This document shows positions 20,843 to 29,846 of a stretch of DNA of 64,000 nt, piece by piece. The notes below the pieces were generated by a model, which ran no database searches, had not been told where the DNA came from, and saw only the letters and a list, made by a program, of their open reading frames with translations. Both the position numbers and the translations under genes were made by a program. The stretch is from the NCBI GenBank assembly GCA_038212275.1, contig JBBQUR010000006.1, positions 180,262 to 244,261 on the forward strand, read 5' to 3'. Positions within the stretch are counted from its first letter, which is position 1; the number at the start of each line of letters is the position of its first letter. The DNA comes from Planctomycetota bacterium. Its GTDB lineage: Bacteria; Planctomycetota; B15-G4.

Positions 20843-21026
20843 TGCTCGGCGCGTGATGCTCAGGTGCGGAATGCTCAGCACTCAATGATCAGAACGCAAT
20901 CCTCAAGCGGGCAATGTTCGGCGTGCACGGCGCAGCGCGGAACGCCTCGCGCGTGACGCTCAGCTCGAGATGCTGAGCGCGTGCCTCTCAACGCGTAGTT
21001 CCCAGCAAGTGCTGCTCAGCGCGGGA
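20843..21026. repeat. Degenerate 14-bp minisatellite, 13 units (consensus ~TGCTCAGCGCGNGA)
   Basis: Manual parse gives eleven 14-mers and two 15-mers, e.g. TGCTCGGCGCGTGA, TGCTCAGCACTCAA, TGCTGAGCGCGTGC, TGCTCAGCGCGGGA. Confidence 0.7.
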
Positions 21027-21095
21027 TGACCATGACGGGCGGCAGGCACAGCGAATGCGTCACGCAGTGGCGGAGACGGAACGCGTCCGCTGAAG

Positions 21096-21153
21096 CGACT
21101 CGCAGTTGGGCAGCACACGACTTCGCAGTTGGGCGCTGCATGACTTCGCAGCG
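21096..21153. repeat. 22-23-bp tandem repeat, 2.5 units
   Basis: CGACTCGCAGTTGGGCAGCACA / CGACTTCGCAGTTGGGCGCTGCA / TGACTTCGCAGCG. Confidence 0.65.
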
Positions 21154-21294
21154 CTCGCGCTCCGCCGGACCGCCGTCATTCGTCTGAGCCACCGCTCCGC
21201 CCGAGACTCGGGCCGGGCGCGCTCGCAGTCCTTACGTTCAACCTACGCAGCGTGCGACGGCGTCGAGAAGCGCAAGCCCCGGGAGTGCTGACCG

Positions 21295-21453
21295 CCTCGC
21301 CTGGCACGGAAAAGCCTGCCTCGGCGAGCGCGGGACGGGAGGTTTGTCCGGCGCGAAGGGCGCCGCTCCCGGAACCACGACGCGTCCTGTTGCCCCAGGG
21401 GCGCAGCGCCGGACAATCCTCCCGCCCCGCGCACCCCCCGCCCCAAGCGACTC
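21295..21453 (-). repeat. ~160-bp REP/MITE-like element, copy 2 (inverted relative to copy 1)
   Basis: Reverse complement matches 20548-20708 with scattered mismatches. Confidence 0.85.
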
Positions 21454-21511
21454 ACATCTTCCTCGGCCCCAGCGCGGTCAGCACCCCCGGCGCGACCGCG
21501 AAACAAAGCCG

Positions 21512-22420
21512 TCACACCGGCGGCTCCACATCTTTGTTCCGCTGCCTCGCCTCCGCCCGCTGCTTGTCCAGGAAGGCCTGCTCCTGGCTGCGCAGGCGGC
21601 GTTGCGCGTCGCGCCGCGACTTGTCGCGCAACGCGGCGTCGGTGCCCTGCGCGCTGTCCTCGGCGTCCACCCGGTAGTAGCCGACGCGATCGGCATCCTC
21701 GCGGTCCGTCGGCAGGCCTGCGAGAAAAGTACCGAGCACCTTGCCGCCGGCGCGCGAGATGCTTGCGACCGAGCGCAACACGAGGTCCTTGTGCGTGTCT
21801 TCCATGCGCACGACGAGGAGCGCTCCGTTGGTGCGCGGGATGAGCACGCAGGCGTCGGTGTAGGGGTTGACCGGCGGCGTGTCGATGAGCACCCAGGTGA
21901 AGCGGCGCTTGAGTTCGGACAGCAGGTTCGTGAAGCGCTCGCTGCCGAGCAGGTCGGCGGGGCTCTTCGGCTCGGCGCCCGCCGCGAGCAGCGACACGTG
22001 CGGCACCACCGTGGGTTGCAGGCACGCGGAGAGGGAGACCTTGTCCGCCAGCAATTCGGTCACGCCCGGCGTGGCGGGCTTCCCGAACAGGCGCGCCTGC
22101 ACCGGCTGCCGGAAATCGCTGTCCACCAGGCACACGCGCGCTCCGGGAACCTCGGCGAGACAGCACGCGACGTTGGCCGCCGTCACCGACTTGCCTTCGC
22201 CTTTCTTGCTGCTCGTGACGACGACGGCCCAGGGCCCCCCGCCCTTGTTGAGCGCGGCAAGGTTCGTGCGGCAGGCGCGATATTGCTCGGCGTGCAGGCT
22301 GCGCGCGTCGTGGTACATGACCAGCGCGTCGGACACGCGCGAGAGCAGACCGCCGGGACGTTCGGCATCGGCGCGCAACTCGCTGGCCGGGCCGCGCGAG
22401 GCATCTGGCGTGGTGGTCAT
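21512..22420 (-). CDS. CpsD/CapB family bacterial tyrosine kinase (stand-alone cytoplasmic domain)
   Basis: AEQYRACRTNL, VTSSKKGEGKS (Walker A), LVDSDFRQP (A'), VLIDTPP (B); C-terminal GYY. Confidence 0.88.
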   Translation of the reverse strand: MTTTPDASRGPASELRADAERPGGLLSRVSDALVMYHDARSLHAEQYRACRTNLAALNKGGGPWAVVVTSSKKGEGKSVTAANVACCLAEVPGARVCLVDSDFRQPVQARLFGKPATPGVTELLADKVSLSACLQPTVVPHVSLLAAGAEPKSPADLLGSERFTNLLSELKRRFTWVLIDTPPVNPYTDACVLIPRTNGALLVVRMEDTHKDLVLRSVASISRAGGKVLGTFLAGLPTDREDADRVGYYRVDAEDSAQGTDAALRDKSRRDAQRRLRSQEQAFLDKQRAEARQRNKDVEPPV

Positions 22421-24105
22421 GCGGGGTCTCCGGGCAGGCCGGCGTGGCGTCGCGCGAGATCGGCGGCACCCAGCAGCAGGTCGTGGTCATGGTCGCGCAG
22501 GCCGGCGACGGCCGCGCGTGCCTGCGCCGACAGGCGCCGGCACGCACCCCGGGCAAGCAGCAGTTCATCGGCTGCAGCTTCCTCGCCACGTGAGGCGACG
22601 ACATCCGCCGCGCGCGACAGCACCGCCGCCTGCCCGTAGAGCGCGATGGCCTGGTCGGCCAGGCCGGCCAGCACCAGCTGCCGCTCCTTGAGGCCCGGCC
22701 CGTGGCTGCCCAGCGCCGCCGTGACGGTCTGCACGAGGTCGGCGGTGCCCAGCGAGAGCGACAACGCCTCGCTGCGCAGCGGCGCGGGCACGATCGGCGG
22801 ATCGGGCGCCTCCGCTCCGCGGGCACGCTTGCCGAAGTCGCCCGTCGCGGCCGCCGCGCCTCCGGCGGCCAGGCGCCGGCCGGGTTCAGCGATGCCGGCG
22901 CCGGCGATCATCAGGCGCAGGATCTCGTTCGTCCCCTCGAAGATCATGTTCACGCGCGCGTCGCGCAGCATGCGTTCGTACGGGTAGTCGGTGGTGAAGC
23001 CGTTGCCGCCGGCGCACTGCATCGCGTCGTTCACCGTGCGCCACAGCACCTCGGTGCCGAAGATCTTGCAGGCAGCGGCCTCCAGCGCGAGGTCGTCGTG
23101 CCCGCCGTCCGCGAGCCCCGTCGTGAGAAAGGTCATGCACTCCAGCGCGTGGAGATCCTGCGCGGCGCGGCCGAGCTTCTCGCGGATCAGCTCGAACTCC
23201 GCGATCGGCCGGCCGAATTGCCGGCGCTGCCCGGTGTACTCCACCATCTGTGCGAGCAGGAAGCGCGAGCTGCCGATGCATCCGCCCGCAAGCCCGGTGC
23301 GCCCGGTGTTGAGCACCTCGAGGGCGATCTTGAAGCCCTGGCCCGGCTCCCCGACGAGGTTCTCCGCCGGCACCTTCACGTCCTCGAAGAGCAGCGGCAC
23401 GGTGGAGCTGCCCTTGATGCCGAGCTTGTCCTCTTCGGGCCCCGAGGAAAAACCGTGCGCGCGCTCCACGAGGAAGCAGGAGATGGACGGCTTGCCGTCG
23501 GCGCGGACGTGATCGGGCGTGCGCGCGAAGACGGTGACCAGATCGGCGAAACCGCCGTTGGTGATCCAGAGCTTCTCGCCGTTGAGGACGTAGTGGCGGC
23601 CGTCGGGAGTGCGCGTCGCGGTGGTGCGCAGCGCCTGGGCGTCGCTGCCCGCACCCGGCTCGGAGAGCGCGAAGGCCGCGAGGAGTTCGCCGCTGGCGAG
23701 GCGCGGCAGGTAGCGCGCCTTCTGCTCCTCGTTGCCGAAGAGCAGCAGCGCCTTGATGCCGATCGTGCTGTGGCCGCCGGACAGGATGGCCACCGCCCCG
23801 TCGAGCATCGAGAGGTCGCAGCCGATGCGGACGTAGCTCGTGAGGTCGAGGCCGAGCCCGCCGAAATCCTCCGGGACACGCATCCCGAAGAGTCCCAGCT
23901 CCGACAGGCCGTCGATGACGGCGCGCGGGATCTTGTGCTCCCGGTCGATGGCGCGGCTGTCGATCGAGCCCGCGGCGAAGCGCGAGAGGCTGTCGCGGAA
24001 CATGTCGACCAGCTCGCGCTTCTCGGCGGCAAGGCGCGGGTAGGGGAAAAGCAGTTCCGTGCGCAACTCGCCCAGGAACAGCGACTTCAGGAAGGAATCG
24101 GTCAT
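22417..24105 (-). CDS. Acyl-CoA dehydrogenase (VLCAD/ACAD9-like)
   Basis: AFALSEPGAGSDA, LNGEKLWITNGG, KLGIKGS, RRQFGRPI, IFEGTNEILR. Confidence 0.93.
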   Translation of the reverse strand: MTDSFLKSLFLGELRTELLFPYPRLAAEKRELVDMFRDSLSRFAAGSIDSRAIDREHKIPRAVIDGLSELGLFGMRVPEDFGGLGLDLTSYVRIGCDLSMLDGAVAILSGGHSTIGIKALLLFGNEEQKARYLPRLASGELLAAFALSEPGAGSDAQALRTTATRTPDGRHYVLNGEKLWITNGGFADLVTVFARTPDHVRADGKPSISCFLVERAHGFSSGPEEDKLGIKGSSTVPLLFEDVKVPAENLVGEPGQGFKIALEVLNTGRTGLAGGCIGSSRFLLAQMVEYTGQRRQFGRPIAEFELIREKLGRAAQDLHALECMTFLTTGLADGGHDDLALEAAACKIFGTEVLWRTVNDAMQCAGGNGFTTDYPYERMLRDARVNMIFEGTNEILRLMIAGAGIAEPGRRLAAGGAAAATGDFGKRARGAEAPDPPIVPAPLRSEALSLSLGTADLVQTVTAALGSHGPGLKERQLVLAGLADQAIALYGQAAVLSRAADVVASRGEEAAADELLLARGACRRLSAQARAAVAGLRDHDHDLLLGAADLARRHAGLPGDPA

Positions 24106-24254
24106 GGTGCGACCATCATGGCCGCTGCGCCGCCCGCGATGAAGCGCCGTCAGCAGCACGTCGCCGCTCCGCATCCGGGATTGACCCTGACGCTGCCGTG
24201 TGCGAGAACGTCCCGGTCCGGTCGGGAGCCGGGCATGATCTTTTTACAATCCGT

Positions 24255-24461
24255 CGAGTTTGCCGGCCCTTGGGAAGACGGTGCGAATCCGTCACGGTCC
24301 CGCCGCTGTATGCGGAGTCAAAGGGCGCCAGGTGTTGTCGCAAGCGGTCTCACGACGGCGCGCGACGGACTCCAGTCACTGCTGGCCAGCGAGGATCTCC
24401 TCGCGTCCGCCGGCGGGAAGACGCGCCCCGAGGTCAATCCGCGAGTCAGAACACCTGGCCG
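24255..24461 (+). ncRNA. Cobalamin (AdoCbl, class I-like) riboswitch
   Basis: GGGAA-GACGG-TGCGAAT-CCGTC-ACGGTCCCGCCGCTGT, peripheral GTCACTG...GGGAAG, B12 box GAGTCAGAACACCTG. Confidence 0.9.
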
Positions 24462-24624
24462 ATGAACGTTCACTCCGTCCCCGGATATGGGATCGGCGTG
24501 AATCGTCCGTTGGTGAAGACAAGAGGCCGCGCGGGATGCAACCCGTCGCGGCTTTCGCGTTTTCCGGCGGACCGTTCTTCGGGCAGCTGAGGTTCGACAG
24601 GCCGGCACTTTTTCCGGAGCCTGC

Positions 24625-26073
24625 ATGTTTTCCAAGCTTTCTTCCCGCCTCATCACGCTGCTTGCTTCCCTGCGCGCGACGTTCTCGCGCCCCGGTCCGC
24701 TGACCGCACTGCCGTTCGCCCTCGCCCTGCCGTTCGGCATTGCCGCGCCATGCGGTATCGCTCTGCCGATCGGCGTCGCCCTGCTGGCGCCAGCGGCAAG
24801 TGCCTCCGACATCACCTTGCCGGCGGGCTTCAACGTCGAGACCTCGCCCGCGTCGTCCGGCAGCGTCGCGGCCGTGCTGCCCGACGGCACGCTCCTCGTC
24901 GGCACCGGCTTCTTCGGCGCCGATGAACTCTCCGTGCGCCACGCCGATGGCACCCAGACGCTGTTCGCCACGGGCTTCGGAAGCATCGCAGGCATCGCGC
25001 AGTCCCCCGTGACAGGCGACATCATCGTCGGCGACTCGTTTTTCCTGCCCGTGCTGCGCGTGCTGCACGACCTGAACCACGATGGCGACGCGCTGGATGC
25101 CGGCGAGAACGTGCCGTCTCCCGTGGCGCTGCCCGTGCTGTCCAACGGCGCCGCGCCGCTGCCCTTCGCGCTGACTTTCCGGCCGGGAACGGATGAGCTC
25201 TTCATCACGGGCTCCACGCCCTTCGGCGTCTCCCCCACGCTGGGCGTCGTCCTGCGTGTCAGCGGCGGCATCGCCACCGTCTTCGCGGATGGCCTCGGCT
25301 ATGCCTCGGGCCAGGTCTGGGCCGGCGACACGCTGTACGTGGCTGACCTGAAAGCGGTCAGCTTCGTCGGCCGCGTGCTCTCGCTCAAGGACGGCAATGC
25401 CGATGGCGATGCGCTCGATGCGGGCGAGGCCGTTGCCTTCGCAGGCAATCTCACGGGCGCGAGCGACCTGGTGCTCGCGCAGGACGGCAGCTTCTATCTC
25501 TCGGGCCTGTTCGACGACTCGGACTTCAGCGGCACGGTCGGACGCCTGCTGCCGGACCTCGACGGTGACGGCGCCTCCGATGGCGTCGACGAGCGCTTCC
25601 TCGACGGCTTCACCTTCACGGGCGGCCTCACGCTGCTCGAGAGCGGCGCGGGATTCGTGCCGGGCGCCGGCGGCGACGGCATGCTCGTCGTGCAGGACTT
25701 CGCTGCGGAGACCGTGGATCGCGTCGTGCGTTCCGCCCCGCTTGCCACGCTCGCGCTGTCCGGCTCGGCCGCGAACAACAGCGCGTTCACCATGACGGTC
25801 GGCGGTGCGCCGGGCGCCGCGGCGCTGGTGCTGCTCTCCACCGACCAGATCGGCCCGACGCTCCACGGCATCGGCGACCTGTGCGCGGGATTCAACTCGC
25901 CTTACCTGCTGCTGCCGCTGCCGCGCGTGAATGGCGCAGGCAGCACGTCCCGCACGCTGCTCTTCCACAGCGTGGAGGGCGCCGTGGGCGTGTCGTTCAC
26001 GGTTCAGGCCTTCACGCTGCAAGCCGGCGACATCGGCATCAGCAACGCCTTCGACCTCGTGCTGGCTCCATGA
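24625..26073 (+). CDS. Secreted beta-propeller-like hypothetical protein with DxDGDG loops, under cobalamin riboswitch control
   Basis: Signal peptide, repeated blade-like units (FA.G...), DLNHDGDALD/DGNADGDALD/DLDGDGASD; ends Q...SNA...P. Confidence 0.7.
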   Translation: MFSKLSSRLITLLASLRATFSRPGPLTALPFALALPFGIAAPCGIALPIGVALLAPAASASDITLPAGFNVETSPASSGSVAAVLPDGTLLVGTGFFGADELSVRHADGTQTLFATGFGSIAGIAQSPVTGDIIVGDSFFLPVLRVLHDLNHDGDALDAGENVPSPVALPVLSNGAAPLPFALTFRPGTDELFITGSTPFGVSPTLGVVLRVSGGIATVFADGLGYASGQVWAGDTLYVADLKAVSFVGRVLSLKDGNADGDALDAGEAVAFAGNLTGASDLVLAQDGSFYLSGLFDDSDFSGTVGRLLPDLDGDGASDGVDERFLDGFTFTGGLTLLESGAGFVPGAGGDGMLVVQDFAAETVDRVVRSAPLATLALSGSAANNSAFTMTVGGAPGAAALVLLSTDQIGPTLHGIGDLCAGFNSPYLLLPLPRVNGAGSTSRTLLFHSVEGAVGVSFTVQAFTLQAGDIGISNAFDLVLAP

Positions 26074-26093
26074 ACACGAAACGGGAGAAGACC

Positions 26094-27113
26094 ATGATTC
26101 GCAAGCCTGTCATCGTCCTTGCCCTGGGGCTCGGCTGCGCCGCGCTCGGGCTCGGTTTCAGCACGCCCCTGTGCGCCTTCGCGCAGTCCGTCGTCGCCTT
26201 CGTCGCGGGCACTTCCGCCGGGAACAATCAGACCCAGCCGATCGGAGAACCCACCGGCGGAGGCGACTTCGAAGGCTCCATGGATACTCTCACGCTCGGT
26301 TACGGCGGATCGCTCACGCTGCTCCTCGGGTCCGCCTGCTTCGACGGGCCCGGTACGGACCTCATCGTGTGCGAGAACCCGTTCTTCATCACGGGCAGCA
26401 GCAACCTGTTCGTGGAGGCGATGTTCGTGGAGGTCTCCACGGATGGCGTGAACTTCGCGCGCTTTCCCACCAGCTACACCGGTGACGCGGGGCCGTTCCA
26501 GCCCTTCTCGGGCGTGCCCATGTCGTGGTACCGGGGCTTCGCGGGCGTGATGCCGGTGCATGCCAACAGCAGCTTCGGCATTCCGTCGCTCGACGTGGTG
26601 GCTGCCGGCGGCGACGCCTTCGACCTCGCGGATCTCGCCGACGACCCGCTCGCCATGTCGGGCGCCGTGAACCTCTTCGAGATCCACTACGTCCGTCTCG
26701 TGGACGTGCGTGGCGGCGTCTCGCTGGACAGCGCGGGGACTCCGGTGTGGGACAGCGGTCTGAACAGCGTGGCCTCGGCGGACGTGGATGCCGTGATCGG
26801 CGTGAACAGCCTGTGCGTCACGTCGGGCGGCCGCCCGCACGTGGAGGTGTCGCTTGCGTCCGGAATCCTCACGATCCACATCGACGACAACGACGGGTTC
26901 ACGGACGTCAAGCACGGGCTCACGGCGTCGGTGGATGGCGTGCCGATCCCGTTCTCCGCGCTGCTGCCGTTCTTCGTGATCACGCAGATCAACGTGACCG
27001 GCGTGACGCTGGTCACCGGGCCCGTGCCGCTCGGCGTCTACCCCATCACGCTGAAGGTCTCTGCGCAGGACAATCAGGGGCTGTTCGGCGGTGACTCGCT
27101 GAGACTGCCCTGA
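26094..27113 (+). CDS. Secreted 'cell surface protein'-type hypothetical protein, candidate cobalamin-binding (BtuH-like) domain
   Basis: Signal peptide; TLGYGGSLTL...DGPGTDLIVCENPF...FVEVSTDG.NF.RFP...GGDAFDLADL...YVRLVD; GGGAGAAG before ATG 26094 (alternative ATG 26070). Confidence 0.65.
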   Translation: MIRKPVIVLALGLGCAALGLGFSTPLCAFAQSVVAFVAGTSAGNNQTQPIGEPTGGGDFEGSMDTLTLGYGGSLTLLLGSACFDGPGTDLIVCENPFFITGSSNLFVEAMFVEVSTDGVNFARFPTSYTGDAGPFQPFSGVPMSWYRGFAGVMPVHANSSFGIPSLDVVAAGGDAFDLADLADDPLAMSGAVNLFEIHYVRLVDVRGGVSLDSAGTPVWDSGLNSVASADVDAVIGVNSLCVTSGGRPHVEVSLASGILTIHIDDNDGFTDVKHGLTASVDGVPIPFSALLPFFVITQINVTGVTLVTGPVPLGVYPITLKVSAQDNQGLFGGDSLRLP

Positions 27114-27314
27114 CCGCAGGTCGACGCCGCGCACGGGTCGCGGTCCGCCCGGCGGGCCGGACTCGTGCGCGGTTCGCCGGGTCGGATGAGGCGGGAGCCG
27201 TGGCGCGTGGCGCGGTGTCGCGGGATACACTCGGCGCTCGGCCACCTTGACGGCGCCGACGCGCCCGAAGGCGCCTCGTCGTCCCGAACGATCCCCGCAG
27301 GACAGCCCGCCCCC

Positions 27315-28430
27315 GTGACCGTCGCGCCCTCGCTGCCCGCCGCCATTCTGGATGACCTGCAGCTTGCCGCCACGGCGGTCGAGGTCCTGCCGCTGCCTGC
27401 GCCCGACTGCAGCGAGGCGCCGGCCATTGCCGCCGCCGCGGCTCGCGCGCCGGCGCTGGTGACGATGCCCGGGCAGCCTGACCGGCCGACGCTGGCGCGC
27501 CTTCGGGACGCCTGCTGGCCCGCCGCGCACTTCGCCGCGATCTGGCGCGTGTCGGCCGACGGCCGCATCAAGCGCATGACCAGCGCCGGCGACGGCGAGC
27601 TCGACGCGCGCGCCGACAGCTCGGGCGGGCTCGCGCCGTTCACGGTGCTGCTCGCGCGCAGCCGCCAGGACACCTTCGGCCAGCAGACCACGCGCGCGAA
27701 GTTCGATGCCAACGCCACGGGCTGGAACGGCAACCCGGGCTCACCCACTTACGGCCACTACCGCTGGATGCGACGCCTGCTCGCGGAGGTGGCCCGCCCG
27801 CGGCCGGGCCAGCGCACGCTGGATGCCGGCAGCGGCACCGGCTGGGTGGGCATCGAGGCGGCACGACTCGGCGCGAGCGTGTCGGCCTTCGATCCGAGCC
27901 CGGCCATGATCGAGCTTGCGAAGGGCAACGCCGCGGAGACCGGCGTGCCGCTCGACGCGCGCGTGGGCTTCGTCGAAAACGCGCCCTTCGACAGCGCCTT
28001 CGAGCTGGTGCTCAACTCCGGCGTCATCAGCTTCGCGCCGGATCCCGAGGTCTACCTCGCGCGGCTCGACCGCCTCGTGGAGCCCGGCGGCATCCTCGTC
28101 ATCGGCGACATCAATCCGCTGGCGCGCGGCTTTCTGCGCCGGCGCCGCGTGCAGCCGCTGCTCCCCGCACGCGAACTCAACGGCCTGACGCGCGACGCGG
28201 TGGAGGCGCTGCTCGTGCGGCGCGGCTACGTCATCGAGGCCAGGCGCTTCTACCAGCTCACCTTTCCCGTGCCGCAGCTCATGGCGCTGTCCGAGCGCAA
28301 GGGCCTGGCCCTGCCGTGCGCCGCGCTGCTCGCGCTCAACAAGCTGGCGACCGCCGTCGACGCGGCGCTGCTCTCGCGCTCGTCGGGCAGCTTCGACTCC
28401 TGGATCCTGCGCGCCCGCAAGCCGGCCTGA
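27315..28430 (+). CDS. Class I SAM-dependent methyltransferase with N-terminal extension
   Basis: LDAGSGTG, FDPSPAMI, PGGILVIGD; start uncertain (ORF open from 27165). Confidence 0.8.
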   Translation: MTVAPSLPAAILDDLQLAATAVEVLPLPAPDCSEAPAIAAAAARAPALVTMPGQPDRPTLARLRDACWPAAHFAAIWRVSADGRIKRMTSAGDGELDARADSSGGLAPFTVLLARSRQDTFGQQTTRAKFDANATGWNGNPGSPTYGHYRWMRRLLAEVARPRPGQRTLDAGSGTGWVGIEAARLGASVSAFDPSPAMIELAKGNAAETGVPLDARVGFVENAPFDSAFELVLNSGVISFAPDPEVYLARLDRLVEPGGILVIGDINPLARGFLRRRRVQPLLPARELNGLTRDAVEALLVRRGYVIEARRFYQLTFPVPQLMALSERKGLALPCAALLALNKLATAVDAALLSRSSGSFDSWILRARKPA

Positions 28431-28478
28431 GCTGCCGGCTTTCCGGGAACAGCCCTCGCCCCCGGGTCGTCTCACCGC

Positions 28479-28583
28479 GCCGGGACTTCGGGACGCCGCC
28501 GAGCCTTCGGGACGCAGCCGAGCCTTCGGGACGACGCCGGGACGTCGCCAGGCCGCCGGGACTTCGGGACGCCGCCGACCTTC
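28479..28583. repeat. 19-bp tandem repeat, ~5.5 units, upstream of the ECF sigma gene
   Basis: GCCGGGACTTCGGGACGCC / GCCGAGCCTTCGGGACGCA / GCCGAGCCTTCGGGACGAC / GCCGGGACGTCGCCAGGCC / GCCGGGACTTCGGGACGCC. Confidence 0.85.
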
Positions 28584-28621
28584 AGCGCCGCGGCACCGGC
28601 GCGCGTACAGGCAGGTGAACC

Positions 28622-29218
28622 ATGACCAGCTCCGCACCGGACGACCGAGACCGCCTGGCCGCCGTCGTGCGCGGAGACGGGGATGCCCTCGATGCCTGGT
28701 ATCGCCATGAACACCCCGTCGTGCACCGCCTGTGCACCGGCTTCCTCGCGAACACCGCGGAGGCCGACGACGCCACGCAGGACGCGCTGCTGGCGCTGCT
28801 GGACAGCCTGCCGCGTTGGGACAGCGCGCGCGACTGGCCGCGCTGGCGCAACACGATCGTGCTCAATCACTGCCGCGATCGTCTGCGGCGTCGGCAGGCG
28901 CGCAGCCGCGCCGAGGATGCCGGCGCGCGGCACGCGCCACCGGCCGCGCTGCCGGCGCCCGACGACCTCGCCGCCGCGCGCGAAGTCCGGGAGGTGCTGA
29001 TGTCCGTACTCGTCGAGCTGTCACCGCGCGAGCGCGAGGTCTTCGTGCTGCGCGACCTGCAGGGCGAAGCCGGCGCCGACGTCGCCGCCGCGATGGGCAT
29101 CGGCGAGAGCAGCGTGCGCTCATTGCTCACGCTGGCGCGGCGCCGCCTGCGTCGCCTGCTCGAAGAGCGCGCGCCGGGCCTCTGCCCGCTGCCGCTCGCC
29201 GGAGCGCGCGATGACTGA
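28622..29218 (+). CDS. ECF RNA polymerase sigma-70 factor
   Basis: Region 2 (ADDATQD...W...IVLNHCRD.LRR) and region 4 (LSPREREVFVLRD...VAAAMG...VRSLL..ARRRL). Confidence 0.92.
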   Translation: MTSSAPDDRDRLAAVVRGDGDALDAWYRHEHPVVHRLCTGFLANTAEADDATQDALLALLDSLPRWDSARDWPRWRNTIVLNHCRDRLRRRQARSRAEDAGARHAPPAALPAPDDLAAAREVREVLMSVLVELSPREREVFVLRDLQGEAGADVAAAMGIGESSVRSLLTLARRRLRRLLEERAPGLCPLPLAGARDD

Positions 29219-29846
29219 CGCACGCCGCGATGACGACGAGCTGCAGGACGACGCGCTCGCAGCGTTGCGCGCGGCGTGGGCCGAGCTTCCCGTCCCCGCA
29301 CCGACACGCGAGCTGGACGAAGAAGACGAGGCCACGCGGCGCGCCGTCGGCTGGATGGTCGCTGCCTGGCGCAGCCCCGAGGTCGTGGCGCCGGGTGTCG
29401 CGACGGCGCAGCACGCGCCGCTCGCGCTGCACGCAATGCTCGCGCTGCACGCAATGCAGGCGCGGGACGCAATGCACGCGCGGCACGCCCGGCTCGCGCG
29501 GCACCCAGACGCGGACCACGACGCTCCGCGGCTGACCGGCTGGCGCCGCCAGGTTGCCGCGGCCGCGCTCATCCTCGCGCTGCTCGGCGCCGCGCTGATG
29601 CTGCGCGACGTGCCCGGCCTCGACGCGGGCCGGCCGACGCCGGGCGAGGCCGGCCCCGTGGCGGCGGGCGATCCCCGCGCCGAGCCGGCGCCCTCGGCGC
29701 TGTCCTCGCCGGCATTCACGTCGCCGCCCGCCACGCTGCCGCTGCTGGCATCGGCGAGCCCGCCCCCCATCGAGCTGCGCGCCGGTCACACGCGCGTGCT
29801 GCTGTTCACCGAATCCACCCGCCGTACCCAGGAGATCCAACCATGA
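29211..29846 (+). CDS. Putative single-pass anti-sigma factor
   Basis: Overlaps the sigma stop; one TM helix (VAAAALILALLGAALML); Pro-rich tail. Confidence 0.6.
   Translation: MTDARRDDDELQDDALAALRAAWAELPVPAPTRELDEEDEATRRAVGWMVAAWRSPEVVAPGVATAQHAPLALHAMLALHAMQARDAMHARHARLARHPDADHDAPRLTGWRRQVAAAALILALLGAALMLRDVPGLDAGRPTPGEAGPVAAGDPRAEPAPSALSSPAFTSPPATLPLLASASPPPIELRAGHTRVLLFTESTRRTQEIQP

Noticed and set aside
28479..28583. Possible CRISPR array
   Set aside because: Units are directly adjacent with no unique spacers, and no cas genes are in the window.
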